A stretch of 33,211 nucleotides of DNA from Ileibacterium sp. (GCA_021443945.1 JABUSF010000001.1:77208-110418), one strand, 5' to 3'. Counted from the stretch's first letter, positions 17,637-24,804 are shown. Program-made: numbers and translations. Notes: generated by a model not told the origin, from the sequence alone.

Positions 17637-17746
17637 TTTTATTTCTCCTCTATCGTAAACTCTCTCCATTAAAACAAAGTGGATGAAAACAATCCACAAA
17701 CCAACAGGGGCGAAAACCTTTACAGAAAAGATCTTCTTGATGGTTT

Positions 17747-17802
17747 AAAAAATAAGAAAGAAAGACTCTGCTGCATTGAAGGGGAAAATGCGAAAAGCAG
17801 AG
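17747..17802 (-). terminator. terminator-like hairpin plus U-tract in the nrdA upstream region (insulator or attenuator)
   Basis: The minus strand reads CTCTGC-ttttc-GCATT-ttccccttc-AATGC-a-GCAGAG followed by TCTTTCTTTCTTATTTTTT. It lies about 110 nt upstream of the nrdA start. Confidence 0.45.
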
Positions 17803-17849
17803 CAGGTATATACAATTGTAGTCTCCTTAAGAAGGATTGACTAGTTTGT

Positions 17850-17867
17850 GAAAACGAACTTGTTTTC
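17850..17867. promoter_or_regulatory. imperfect 18-bp palindrome GAAAACGAACTTGTTTTC (AAAAC-N6-GTTTT), candidate operator
   Basis: 7 of 9 arm positions are complementary. It shares its arms with the perfect palindrome at 18032-18049. It contains a partial Cheo-box-like CGAAC-N4-TTTC. Confidence 0.4.
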
Positions 17868-18031
17868 AGATTGACGGAAACAGGACACTCTTTTTTTCAA
17901 GTGCGGGAATTCTTTACTGGTGTAAAATTTTTGCGTACAGATTGCATAAAACAGGCATAAAATGCTTTTTTCATGCCGATTTGGTAAGAAATAAAAGCTT
18001 TTTTAACGCATCGTGCATATTCCCTGTGCAC

Positions 18032-18049
18032 AAAAACAAGCTTGTTTTT
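18032..18049. promoter_or_regulatory. perfect 18-bp palindrome AAAAACAAGCTTGTTTTT, candidate auto-operator of repressor A
   Basis: A perfect inverted repeat that ends 6 nt before the extended -10 of the downstream HTH-S24 gene. Confidence 0.5.
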
Positions 18050-18055
18050 TTCCTT

Positions 18056-18064
18056 TGTTATACT
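18056..18064 (+). promoter_or_regulatory. extended -10 promoter TGtTATACT placed 6 nt before the ATG (leaderless-type)
   Basis: TGTTATACT-gtgagc-ATG. There is no SD between the -10 and the start. Confidence 0.5.
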
Positions 18065-18070
18065 GTGAGC

Positions 18071-18670
18071 ATGATTAACCTACAAAAAGCACTGCAGACA
18101 TTCAAACGGCAGAACAGAGTGAATAATTCCTATATTGCAGAATATTGTGACGTATCTCTGCCAACCGTTTCCCGCTGGTGCAGCGGTAAGATTCAAAATG
18201 CTGCTCCTGCAACGCTGGAAAAGCTCCTGGAGATGATGGGGCTTGATTCCGAAGAAGCGAAAACTGTTCATGGTCTTTCCCCGGAAAAACCTATGATCGG
18301 CTGCATGGAGCCCGGTACCGGCTTGCTTGACGAAATCAACAGGGAGGGATATATACAAGTCACTCAGGAAGATGCCAAAGGCGGAGACTTCTTTATGAAA
18401 ATGAAGGGTGATTCCATGAAGGATGAAAATATTCGGGATGGAGCACTGCTTTATGTAAAACGCTGCAGAGACGTAGCAGACAATGTTCCTGCGGTGCTGA
18501 GAGTTCACAATGAGCTGACGGTCCGCAGACTTCTGAAAAAAGAAGGCTACTGGATTCTGCAGGCGGCAAACAGTGATGTGGAACCTCTTGTCTATACGGA
18601 AGAGGATATTGAATCCATGCCGGTGGAACTGGTGGGAAAAGTGGTCTATGCCCGCCAGGATTTTGAGTAA
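18071..18670 (+). CDS. LexA/HdiR-like repressor paralog A (XRE-type HTH + S24 peptidase fold) with degenerate cleavage site and catalytic Lys
   Basis: MINLQKALQTFKRQNRVNNSYIAEYCDVSLPTVSRWCSGK... aligns without gaps to paralog B. GDSMKD is retained. It has MEPGTG where LexA and paralog B have Ala-Gly, and TVRRL where they have TVK(R/K)L. The ORF-track start at 17942 is an extension not supported by the paralog alignment. Confidence 0.8.
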   Translation: MINLQKALQTFKRQNRVNNSYIAEYCDVSLPTVSRWCSGKIQNAAPATLEKLLEMMGLDSEEAKTVHGLSPEKPMIGCMEPGTGLLDEINREGYIQVTQEDAKGGDFFMKMKGDSMKDENIRDGALLYVKRCRDVADNVPAVLRVHNELTVRRLLKKEGYWILQAANSDVEPLVYTEEDIESMPVELVGKVVYARQDFE

Positions 18671-18686
18671 CAAAACATGGTTTTAA

Positions 18687-18716
18687 AAAGCGGGACAGAT
18701 CATCTCGCTTTTTTTC
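18687..18716 (+). terminator. intrinsic terminator after repressor A
   Basis: AAAGCGGGA-cagatca-TCTCGCTTT followed by TTTTTCTG. Confidence 0.7.
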
Positions 18717-18726
18717 TGACTCCCGC

Positions 18727-18752
18727 AAAAAATCCGCCCCAAAACGAGGCGG
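18727..18752 (-). terminator. intrinsic terminator after the alcohol dehydrogenase gene
   Basis: The minus strand reads CCGCC-tcgttttgg-GGCGG followed by ATTTTTTG. Confidence 0.55.
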
Positions 18753-18761
18753 AAAAGAAGG

Positions 18762-19880
18762 TTATTGCTTGTTTGTCTGTACCAAAGCAGGTTGATTGGC
18801 TTCTTTTAACAAAACGTACTGATCATGGTCCGCTGCCAGAGCTTTCAGCTGATGCTTTTTCAGAACCAGTCCGGTGTCGGGAATGCAGACCGCCATTTTC
18901 ATGTTTTTGACCCGCTGCATCAGAGCATCAAGACCCTGCTGACTGGCTTTGGCTTCATCGGCTTCTTCAATGCCAAAGAGAGTTTTGGCAAACAGAGCCA
19001 GCTTTTGGGAGAAGGCTGGAATCTGCTGCCGGCTCCAGGCAAAGAACAATGCGGAGGTGGCAGTTCCTCTTGGCAGAGAGCACTGGTAGGACAGGGTGTC
19101 GGCCAGTTTGTTTAAATCTCCCTGAATGGTCTGCTTGAACTGATGGGCTTCCAGCCCCACTTGAAACAGAGAGGTTCTGGCTTTGGGATCTTCAATGTTG
19201 ACTTCAAGGGCTTTGGCGCATTCCAGGAGGCTCTGCATCATTTCCAGATCCTTCTGTCCATCGGCATCATTGCTGGCCAGATAGCGAATGAAGATGTAGG
19301 AGAAAATGCCGAACACCTGGTTCATGGTCGGATAGTAGGGAAGCATGGACAGGGTGGGATCCAGCACCGCAAAAGCGCATTCCCCATAGGGGGAGTGAAG
19401 GCTTTTCTGTTTTCCGTCCCGAACCAGCGTGCATTCATCGTTGAGCTCTGCTCCTGTGGCCGGATTGGTTAAGACTGCCGCAACGGGAGCGGCGCCTTTG
19501 GGCTGGATTTTTCCTTCCCACATGTCCCAGAGCTTTCCGTCTTTTTTATCGAATTTCAGTCCATAGGCGATGCCTTTGGCACACTGCAGAGTGCTGCCGC
19601 CGCCTAGAGAAAGGATCATGTCGCATCCTTCTTCCTGGGCTTTGCGAACGCCCCGCTTGACGGAAGAAAATTTCGGGTTTGGAAGGATTTGGCCCAAATC
19701 GGTATGGGGGATTCCCGCTTCTGTTAAAAGAACGCGGACTTTTTCCAAAAGGCCGTCTTCCACCGGCCGGTGGCCATGGACCAGTAATGGATGCTGGCCG
19801 TGAGCCCGTATTAAATCAGGAAGATCCTGAAGAGCATTAATGCCAATGCTGATTTTTGTGTTGGAGTGTTCTGTTTTCAT
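18762..19880 (-). CDS. iron-containing (group III) alcohol dehydrogenase family protein
   Basis: LLVHGHRP....NPKFSSVKRGVRKAQEEGCDMILSLGGGSTLQCAKGIAYG shows the Fe-ADH nucleotide-binding pattern. The 372 aa length fits. Confidence 0.8.
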   Translation of the reverse strand: MKTEHSNTKISIGINALQDLPDLIRAHGQHPLLVHGHRPVEDGLLEKVRVLLTEAGIPHTDLGQILPNPKFSSVKRGVRKAQEEGCDMILSLGGGSTLQCAKGIAYGLKFDKKDGKLWDMWEGKIQPKGAAPVAAVLTNPATGAELNDECTLVRDGKQKSLHSPYGECAFAVLDPTLSMLPYYPTMNQVFGIFSYIFIRYLASNDADGQKDLEMMQSLLECAKALEVNIEDPKARTSLFQVGLEAHQFKQTIQGDLNKLADTLSYQCSLPRGTATSALFFAWSRQQIPAFSQKLALFAKTLFGIEEADEAKASQQGLDALMQRVKNMKMAVCIPDTGLVLKKHQLKALAADHDQYVLLKEANQPALVQTNKQ

Positions 19881-19886
19881 GGATTT

Positions 19887-19895
19887 ATTGTAGCA
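19887..19895 (-). promoter_or_regulatory. extended -10 promoter TGcTACAAT placed 6 nt before the ATG (leaderless-type)
   Basis: The minus strand reads TGCTACAAT-aaatcc-ATG, with no SD. Confidence 0.45.
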
Positions 19896-19954
19896 ATGGG
19901 GAAGAGGGGCTGGAATTGGAATGATTCAGCCGCCCAAATGAGCCATCTGCATGC

Positions 19955-19992
19955 AAAAAGGCCGCCCATTTTGAAATGAGCAGCCTTTTTTT
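19955..19992. terminator. intrinsic terminator after nrdD (symmetric A/T flanks)
   Basis: The minus strand reads GGCTGCTCAT-ttcaaa-ATGGGCGGCC (two G-U pairs) followed by TTTTTGCATG. On the + strand a T7 run follows the same stem. Confidence 0.75.
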
Positions 19993-20021
19993 GTTATCGA
20001 TACAGGGAACGGAAGACCGGT

Positions 20022-22196
20022 TTAAAGGTGAGTGACACGTTCCTTGATTTCCTGGGTTCTTCCCTGGTTCCAGAACTGTGTTCCAATGTAGCCGCAAGTT
20101 CTTCTTGCGACGTTCATTTTTTCCTGATCACGGTTTCCGCAGTTCGGGCATTCCCAGACGAGTTTGTGGTTTTCGTCTTCCACAATCTGGATTTCGCCTT
20201 CGTAACCGCATTCCTGACAATAGTCAGATTTAGTGTTCAGCTCGGCGTACATGATGTTGTCATAGATGTGACGGATCAAAGCCATGACAGCCGGCAGGTT
20301 GTTCTCCATGTTTGGAACTTCTACATAAGAGATGGCTCCGCCCGGAGAAAGTTTCTGGAACTGGGATTCGAATGTCAGTTTGGTAAAGGCATCGATTGGT
20401 TCCGTAACATGTACGTGATAGGAGTTGGTGATGTAGTTTTTGTCGGTAACGCCTGGAATGATTCCAAAACGATCCTGCAGTTTTTTTGCAAACTTGTAGG
20501 TTGTGGATTCCATTGGGGTGCCGTACAGGGAGAAGTCCATATTGTTCTGAGCTTTCCATCTTGCACAGGCGGCGTTCAGGTATTCCATGATGCGTTTTGC
20601 AAAGGCGCATCCTGTTGGCTGAGTATGAGGTTCACCGGTCATATAGCGGACAGCTTCTGTCAGACCGGCATAGCCAAGGGAGATGGTGGAGTAACCGCCG
20701 TAGAGCAGTTTGTCGATGGTTTCGCCTTTTTTCAGACGGGCGAGAGCACCGTTCTGCCACAGAATGGGAGCCACATCGCTTGGTGTGCCAAGCAGACGTT
20801 TATGACGAATCATCAGAGCGCGGTAGCACAGGTCAAGGCGTTCGTCCATAATGCGCCAGAATTCCTTTTCGTCCCCTTTGGAGGAGCAGGCAACATCCAC
20901 CAGATTGATGGTGACAACACCCTGGTTGAAACGGCCGTAATATTTTGGATTGCCCTGGGCATCCACGTACGGAGTCAGGAAGCTGCGGCATCCCATGCAT
21001 GGATAGCACTGTCCATCGCCGTTCTGGTCGACTTTCAGCTTCAGCATCATTTTTTCGGAGATGTAGTCCGGAACCATGCGTTTGGCGGTGCATTCGGCAG
21101 CCAGTTTTGTCAGATAGTAGTATTCGCTGTCTTCGTGAATGTTGTTTTCTTCCAGAACGTAAATCAGTTTTGGGAAGGCTGGTGTGATGTACACACCTTT
21201 TTCGTTTTTCACACCTTTGATTCTCTGTTTGAGAACTTCTTCAATGATTTTTGCCAGGTCTTTGCGGGTCTGAGGATCTTCAACTTCGTTCAGGTACATG
21301 CTGACGGTGATGAAGGGGGCCTGACCATTGGTTGTCATCAGAGTGATGACCTGATACTGAATGGTCTGCACACCGCGTTCGATTTCCTTCTGAACACGCA
21401 TTTCGGCAATTTCGTTTACCGTTGTCTCGTCGGTAGGAAGGTTCATAGCTTCCAGCTCTTCTTTGACTTCACGGCGGGCCTTTTCACGGGACATCTGAAC
21501 GAATGGAGCCAGGTGGCTCAGAGTAATAGACTGTCCGCCGTACTGAGAACTTGCAACCTGGGCAATGATCTGGGTGGCGATGTTGCAGGCGGTAGAGAAG
21601 CTCTGAGGTTTTTCGATCATGGTTTCAGAAATCACGGTTCCGTTCTGAAGCATGTCTTCCAGATTGACCAGACAGCAGTTGTGCATGTGCTGGGCAAAGT
21701 AGTCGGAATCGTGGAAATGAATGATTCCCTGATCGTGAGCTTCCATGATGTCGTGATCCACCAGGAAACGGCGGGTGATGTCTTTGGAAACTTCACCGGC
21801 CATATAATCACGCTGTACAGAGTTTACAAGAGGATTCTTGTTGGAATTCTCCTGTTTTACTTCTTCATTGTTTCTTTCCAGCAGAGACATAATCTGCTGG
21901 TCTGTAGAGTTGGACTTTCTGACCAGAGCTCTTTCATATCGATATGTAATGTAGTTTTTGGCAACGGCATAGAATCCCATCGCCATGATGGTGGCCTCTA
22001 CCAGGTCCTGAATTTCTTCTACACCAGGGGAGCGGGTCATGTTTTCCAGCTTTTCGCCAACCACAGCAGCTGCGTGAAGAACTTGTTCTTCTGTCATCTG
22101 ATCATGGGTTGTAGCTTTATTTGCTTTGCGGATCGCATTTTCGATTTTCGCAATATTGAAAATAACTTCTTCGCCGCTTCGTTTGATTACTTTCAT
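20022..22196 (-). CDS. nrdD: anaerobic (class III) ribonucleoside-triphosphate reductase
   Basis: N-terminal ATP-cone MKVIKRSGEEVIFNIAKIENAIRKA. C-terminal Zn-ribbon CQECG...CPNCG and glycyl-radical motif RRTCGYIG. Strong SD GAGGAGGAG. Confidence 0.95.
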   Translation of the reverse strand: MKVIKRSGEEVIFNIAKIENAIRKANKATTHDQMTEEQVLHAAAVVGEKLENMTRSPGVEEIQDLVEATIMAMGFYAVAKNYITYRYERALVRKSNSTDQQIMSLLERNNEEVKQENSNKNPLVNSVQRDYMAGEVSKDITRRFLVDHDIMEAHDQGIIHFHDSDYFAQHMHNCCLVNLEDMLQNGTVISETMIEKPQSFSTACNIATQIIAQVASSQYGGQSITLSHLAPFVQMSREKARREVKEELEAMNLPTDETTVNEIAEMRVQKEIERGVQTIQYQVITLMTTNGQAPFITVSMYLNEVEDPQTRKDLAKIIEEVLKQRIKGVKNEKGVYITPAFPKLIYVLEENNIHEDSEYYYLTKLAAECTAKRMVPDYISEKMMLKLKVDQNGDGQCYPCMGCRSFLTPYVDAQGNPKYYGRFNQGVVTINLVDVACSSKGDEKEFWRIMDERLDLCYRALMIRHKRLLGTPSDVAPILWQNGALARLKKGETIDKLLYGGYSTISLGYAGLTEAVRYMTGEPHTQPTGCAFAKRIMEYLNAACARWKAQNNMDFSLYGTPMESTTYKFAKKLQDRFGIIPGVTDKNYITNSYHVHVTEPIDAFTKLTFESQFQKLSPGGAISYVEVPNMENNLPAVMALIRHIYDNIMYAELNTKSDYCQECGYEGEIQIVEDENHKLVWECPNCGNRDQEKMNVARRTCGYIGTQFWNQGRTQEIKERVTHL

Positions 22197-22241
22197 TTAA
22201 TGCTCCTCCTCACTCTTCATTTTGTGATCAGTTTCTCAAAT

Positions 22242-22288
22242 AAATCCCTAGGGATTTAAAGAGGGAGATCAATGACGACTCCCTCTTT
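22242..22288 (-). promoter_or_regulatory. structured nrdD 5' leader: 10-bp hairpin (AAAGAGGGAG/CTCCCTCTTT) followed by the palindrome AAATCCCTAGGGATTT
   Basis: Both elements are perfect inverted repeats, lying 45-90 nt upstream of the nrdD ATG. The CUCCCUCUUU arm is also complementary to the nrdD SD region. Confidence 0.45.
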
Positions 22289-22492
22289 AATTGATTGCTG
22301 ATTTCCAGCTCAGTATACATGCTTTTAGCAGGCAGGAATATGGAAAAGGTTAACTTGAATTAAAATTTCGAAAAAAAAGCCTTTTTTGATTCTTTTGAAA
22401 AATTTTCCTGCAAGCGTGAATAATATGACATAAATAGTCAGGATTCTTGAACTATCTGCTTGTGATCATTTGAACGAATCAAAAGGCTGTTT

Positions 22493-22533
22493 CGGAAATC
22501 TCGCCTGAAAAAGGGGAGATTTCCGTCTTTTTT
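22493..22533 (+). terminator. strong hairpin whose T-tract is on the + strand, abutting the stop of minus-strand repressor B
   Basis: CGGAAATCTC(g)CC-tgaaaaag-GGGAGATTTCCG followed by TCTTTTTT on the + strand. On the minus strand the stem is followed by GAAACAGCCTTTTG, a poor U-tract. Confidence 0.6.
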
Positions 22534-23130
22534 CTATAACTCTGTTTTGGAATACACCGCTCTGCCAATGATCTGCACAGGCAGACCTACAATGTCCTGC
22601 AGAGTGTATTCTTTGTCTTCCACTTCATCGTTGGCTGCATGAAGCACCCAGGAGCTGTCTTTTTTGACGAGTTTTTTAACGGTGACTTCCTCTCCGCCAA
22701 TGAGCATGACTGCAATGGCGCCGGAAGGCACGTCTGTACAGGATTTTACAAACAGAAGATCCCCGTCATGAATGTGGGCATCTTTCATCGAATCACCTGT
22801 TACCCTTAAAAAATAGTCCCCTCTTCGGTCATCGTCTTCTGAAACGCCTATGTATCCCTCCAAATTTTCTTCGGCAAGAAGACCGTAACCGGCTTTTACC
22901 GTTCCCAGAATCGGTTTTTCAGGAGCCAGCTGGCTGATGCGGGTCATGTCGTCCATATTGACACCCAGCATTTCAGTAAGCTTTTCCAGAGTTTTTGGAT
23001 CAATCTTGCGGATTTTACCGGTGCACCAGCGGGAAACGGTGGATTTAGTAACGCCGCAGTACTCGGCGATGTAGTCGTTTGTAATATTGTTTTGTCGCTT
23101 GTACTGACTTAAAAGGTCCTGTATCTTCAT
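22534..23130 (-). CDS. LexA/HdiR-like SOS repressor paralog B (XRE-type HTH + intact S24 self-cleaving peptidase domain)
   Basis: GTVKAGYGLLAEENLEGY matches LexA GRVAAGEPLL..IEGH and keeps Ala-Gly. GDSMKD carries the Ser nucleophile and EVTVKKLVKK the general-base Lys. It is divergent from a Y-family polymerase gene. Confidence 0.85.
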   Translation of the reverse strand: MKIQDLLSQYKRQNNITNDYIAEYCGVTKSTVSRWCTGKIRKIDPKTLEKLTEMLGVNMDDMTRISQLAPEKPILGTVKAGYGLLAEENLEGYIGVSEDDDRRGDYFLRVTGDSMKDAHIHDGDLLFVKSCTDVPSGAIAVMLIGGEEVTVKKLVKKDSSWVLHAANDEVEDKEYTLQDIVGLPVQIIGRAVYSKTEL

Positions 23131-23136
23131 GGCTCA

Positions 23137-23145
23137 AGTATATCA
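23137..23145 (-). promoter_or_regulatory. extended -10 promoter TGaTATACT placed 6 nt before the ATG (leaderless-type)
   Basis: The minus strand reads TGATATACT-tgagcc-ATG, the same architecture and -10 hexamer as paralog A. Confidence 0.5.
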
Positions 23146-23243
23146 AAGAGGGCAGGGGATGAAAATAAAAAGCGCAACTATCGAGCAAATTCATGATTCA
23201 GACGCGTTTGTTTGATTAAATACGCATAAGCCACGCAACATTA

Positions 23244-23272
23244 TTGAAAAATGAAGAACGCCTGTCTATGAT
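23244..23272 (+). promoter_or_regulatory. promoter TTGAAA-17 nt-TATGAT placed 6 nt before the polymerase ATG (leaderless-type), with a GAAC-N4-GTCT element in the spacer
   Basis: TTGAAA at 23244-23249, TATGAT at 23267-23272 and ATG at 23279. The spacer contains AGAACGCCTGTCT, a partial match to the Firmicutes GAAC-N4-GTTC SOS box. Confidence 0.5.
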
Positions 23273-23278
23273 AGAAGC

Positions 23279-24541
23279 ATGAAACGGGTTATCGTACACA
23301 GCGACATCAACCACTGCTATGCCCAGCTGGAGGAGATGAGAGATCCCTCTTTGCGCAATATCCCCATGGCAGTGGGAGGAAGCGAAGAAAAAAGACATGG
23401 AATCATTCTGGCCAAAAACGATCTGGCGAAAACATATGGGATTAAAACCGGAGAGTCGCTGCGGCAGGCGAAAGCCAAATGTCCGCAGCTGCTGATCATT
23501 CACCCGGATTACGACAGCTATATGTACTATACGGAAAAGGTGAAAGACATTTACCGCCAGTATACAGATCAGGTGGAATCTTTCGGCTTGGATGAGGCCT
23601 GGATGGATTTAACCCATTCCCAGCTTCTTTTTGGAGACGGCATTGAGCTGGCGCAGAAAATTCAGGACGAAGTTTATCAGAAGCTTGGCCTGACCGTTTC
23701 CATGGGGGTTTCCTTTAACAAAGTCTTTGCCAAACTGGCCAGCGATTTGTTCAAGCACAAAGGGTTCGCTCTGATTACGGAGGACAATTTTCAGCAGATG
23801 GTATGGCCTTTGCCGGTGGAAGAGCTGCTGATGGTGGGCTCGAGAACGAAAAAAAAGCTGAACGAGATGGGGATTTACACCATCGGAAGCCTGGCCGCTG
23901 CCCATCCGGAGCTGCTGTCCAAACGCTTTGGGGTGATGGGTCTGCTGCTGAAAAGGTATGCAGCCGGAGAAGATGACACCCCTGTCCGTCACAAGGACTA
24001 TCAGCGGCCGGTGAAGTCGGTGGGCTGTTCCAAGACAGTGGTCAAGGACATTGAAAGCATCGGCCAGCTGCAGGAAGTCTTCCGGGTTTTAGCAGAGACG
24101 GCAGCGGTGCGCTTAAAGGCGGATCATTACAAAGGCAGCGTGGTCAGCATCTGGCTGCGGGATACGGATTTAAAGGGAAAAGGTCTGCAGATGAAGCTGT
24201 CTCAGTCCACGGATCTGGCCCGTGATCTTTTAAATGCGGCCATGCAGCTGGTGTACAAACTGAATCTGGAGGAGATCAAGCTTCGTTCCGTCGGCATTCA
24301 TGTGAGCGGTCTGGTGCATAAGGCGGATGTGGACCAACTGGATTTGTTTACACCTCCCGATGACAGAATCCGCCAGCGGGCTCTGGAAAAGACCATGTAT
24401 GAAATTCGGAAGCAGTATGGCTATGACAGCTGCCGTTTTGCTTCTTCCAAAGTGGATGCGGAAATCACAGACTTTGATCCGCTGGGTCTGCTGCATCAGG
24501 TGCACCCGGTCGGGGTGCTGGACGGACCGGTTAAAGTATGA
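23279..24541 (+). CDS. Y-family (UmuC/DinB-like) translesion DNA polymerase
   Basis: VIVHSDINHCYAQLE, GLDEAWMDLT and VSMGVSFNKVFAKLASD are Y-family palm and finger motifs. The 420 aa length fits. Confidence 0.9.
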   Translation: MKRVIVHSDINHCYAQLEEMRDPSLRNIPMAVGGSEEKRHGIILAKNDLAKTYGIKTGESLRQAKAKCPQLLIIHPDYDSYMYYTEKVKDIYRQYTDQVESFGLDEAWMDLTHSQLLFGDGIELAQKIQDEVYQKLGLTVSMGVSFNKVFAKLASDLFKHKGFALITEDNFQQMVWPLPVEELLMVGSRTKKKLNEMGIYTIGSLAAAHPELLSKRFGVMGLLLKRYAAGEDDTPVRHKDYQRPVKSVGCSKTVVKDIESIGQLQEVFRVLAETAAVRLKADHYKGSVVSIWLRDTDLKGKGLQMKLSQSTDLARDLLNAAMQLVYKLNLEEIKLRSVGIHVSGLVHKADVDQLDLFTPPDDRIRQRALEKTMYEIRKQYGYDSCRFASSKVDAEITDFDPLGLLHQVHPVGVLDGPVKV

Positions 24542-24804
24542 ATGTGTTTAAGTATTACGTGGATGTGGTCACCCTCATTTTAAAGGATGGGGTTCTGCAG
24601 CCCTTGGCGGTGGTGTGGATGGACCGGCGCTATAAAGTGGATAAGGTTCTCTCGGTTCGGGAAACCTACTCCAAAGCCGGCGGCAGCGGCATTTGCTACC
24701 GGTGTCTGTTTGGCGGTCAGGAGCGCAGCCTGTTCTGGGAGCGCAACCGCTGGTTTCTCGAATCAGAAACTTTCATTCCCGAACTTCTGGAAAAAAATCA
24801 TTAG
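24538..24804 (+). CDS. 88-aa hypothetical protein translationally coupled to the Y-family polymerase
   Basis: There is an ATGA start/stop overlap with the polymerase gene, the strand is the same, and a terminator follows. I recognise no family (MNVFKYYVDVVTLILKDGVLQPLAVVWMDRRYKVDK...). Confidence 0.55.
   Translation: MNVFKYYVDVVTLILKDGVLQPLAVVWMDRRYKVDKVLSVRETYSKAGGSGICYRCLFGGQERSLFWERNRWFLESETFIPELLEKNH

Noticed and set aside
17700-18070. A search for NrdR boxes (acaCwAtATaTwGtgt) upstream of nrdA. I also searched 22197-22533 for nrdD and 417-480 for nrdG.
   Set aside because: No convincing 16-bp match was seen by eye. The nearest candidates (CACTCTTTTTTTCAAGTG and GTGTGCATTATACATC) have the wrong centre or arm orientation. 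A matrix scan is needed before absence can be claimed.
20028-22259. A 743-aa ORF on the + strand spanning all of nrdD.
   Set aside because: It is a shadow ORF in the codon-register antisense frame of nrdD. In the portion I read, nrdD has no TTA, CTA or TCA codons (strong CTG/TCC/AGC bias), so the complement has no stops. The translated product is low-complexity (F/V/G-rich), has no SD and matches no family. nrdD itself has unmistakable motifs.
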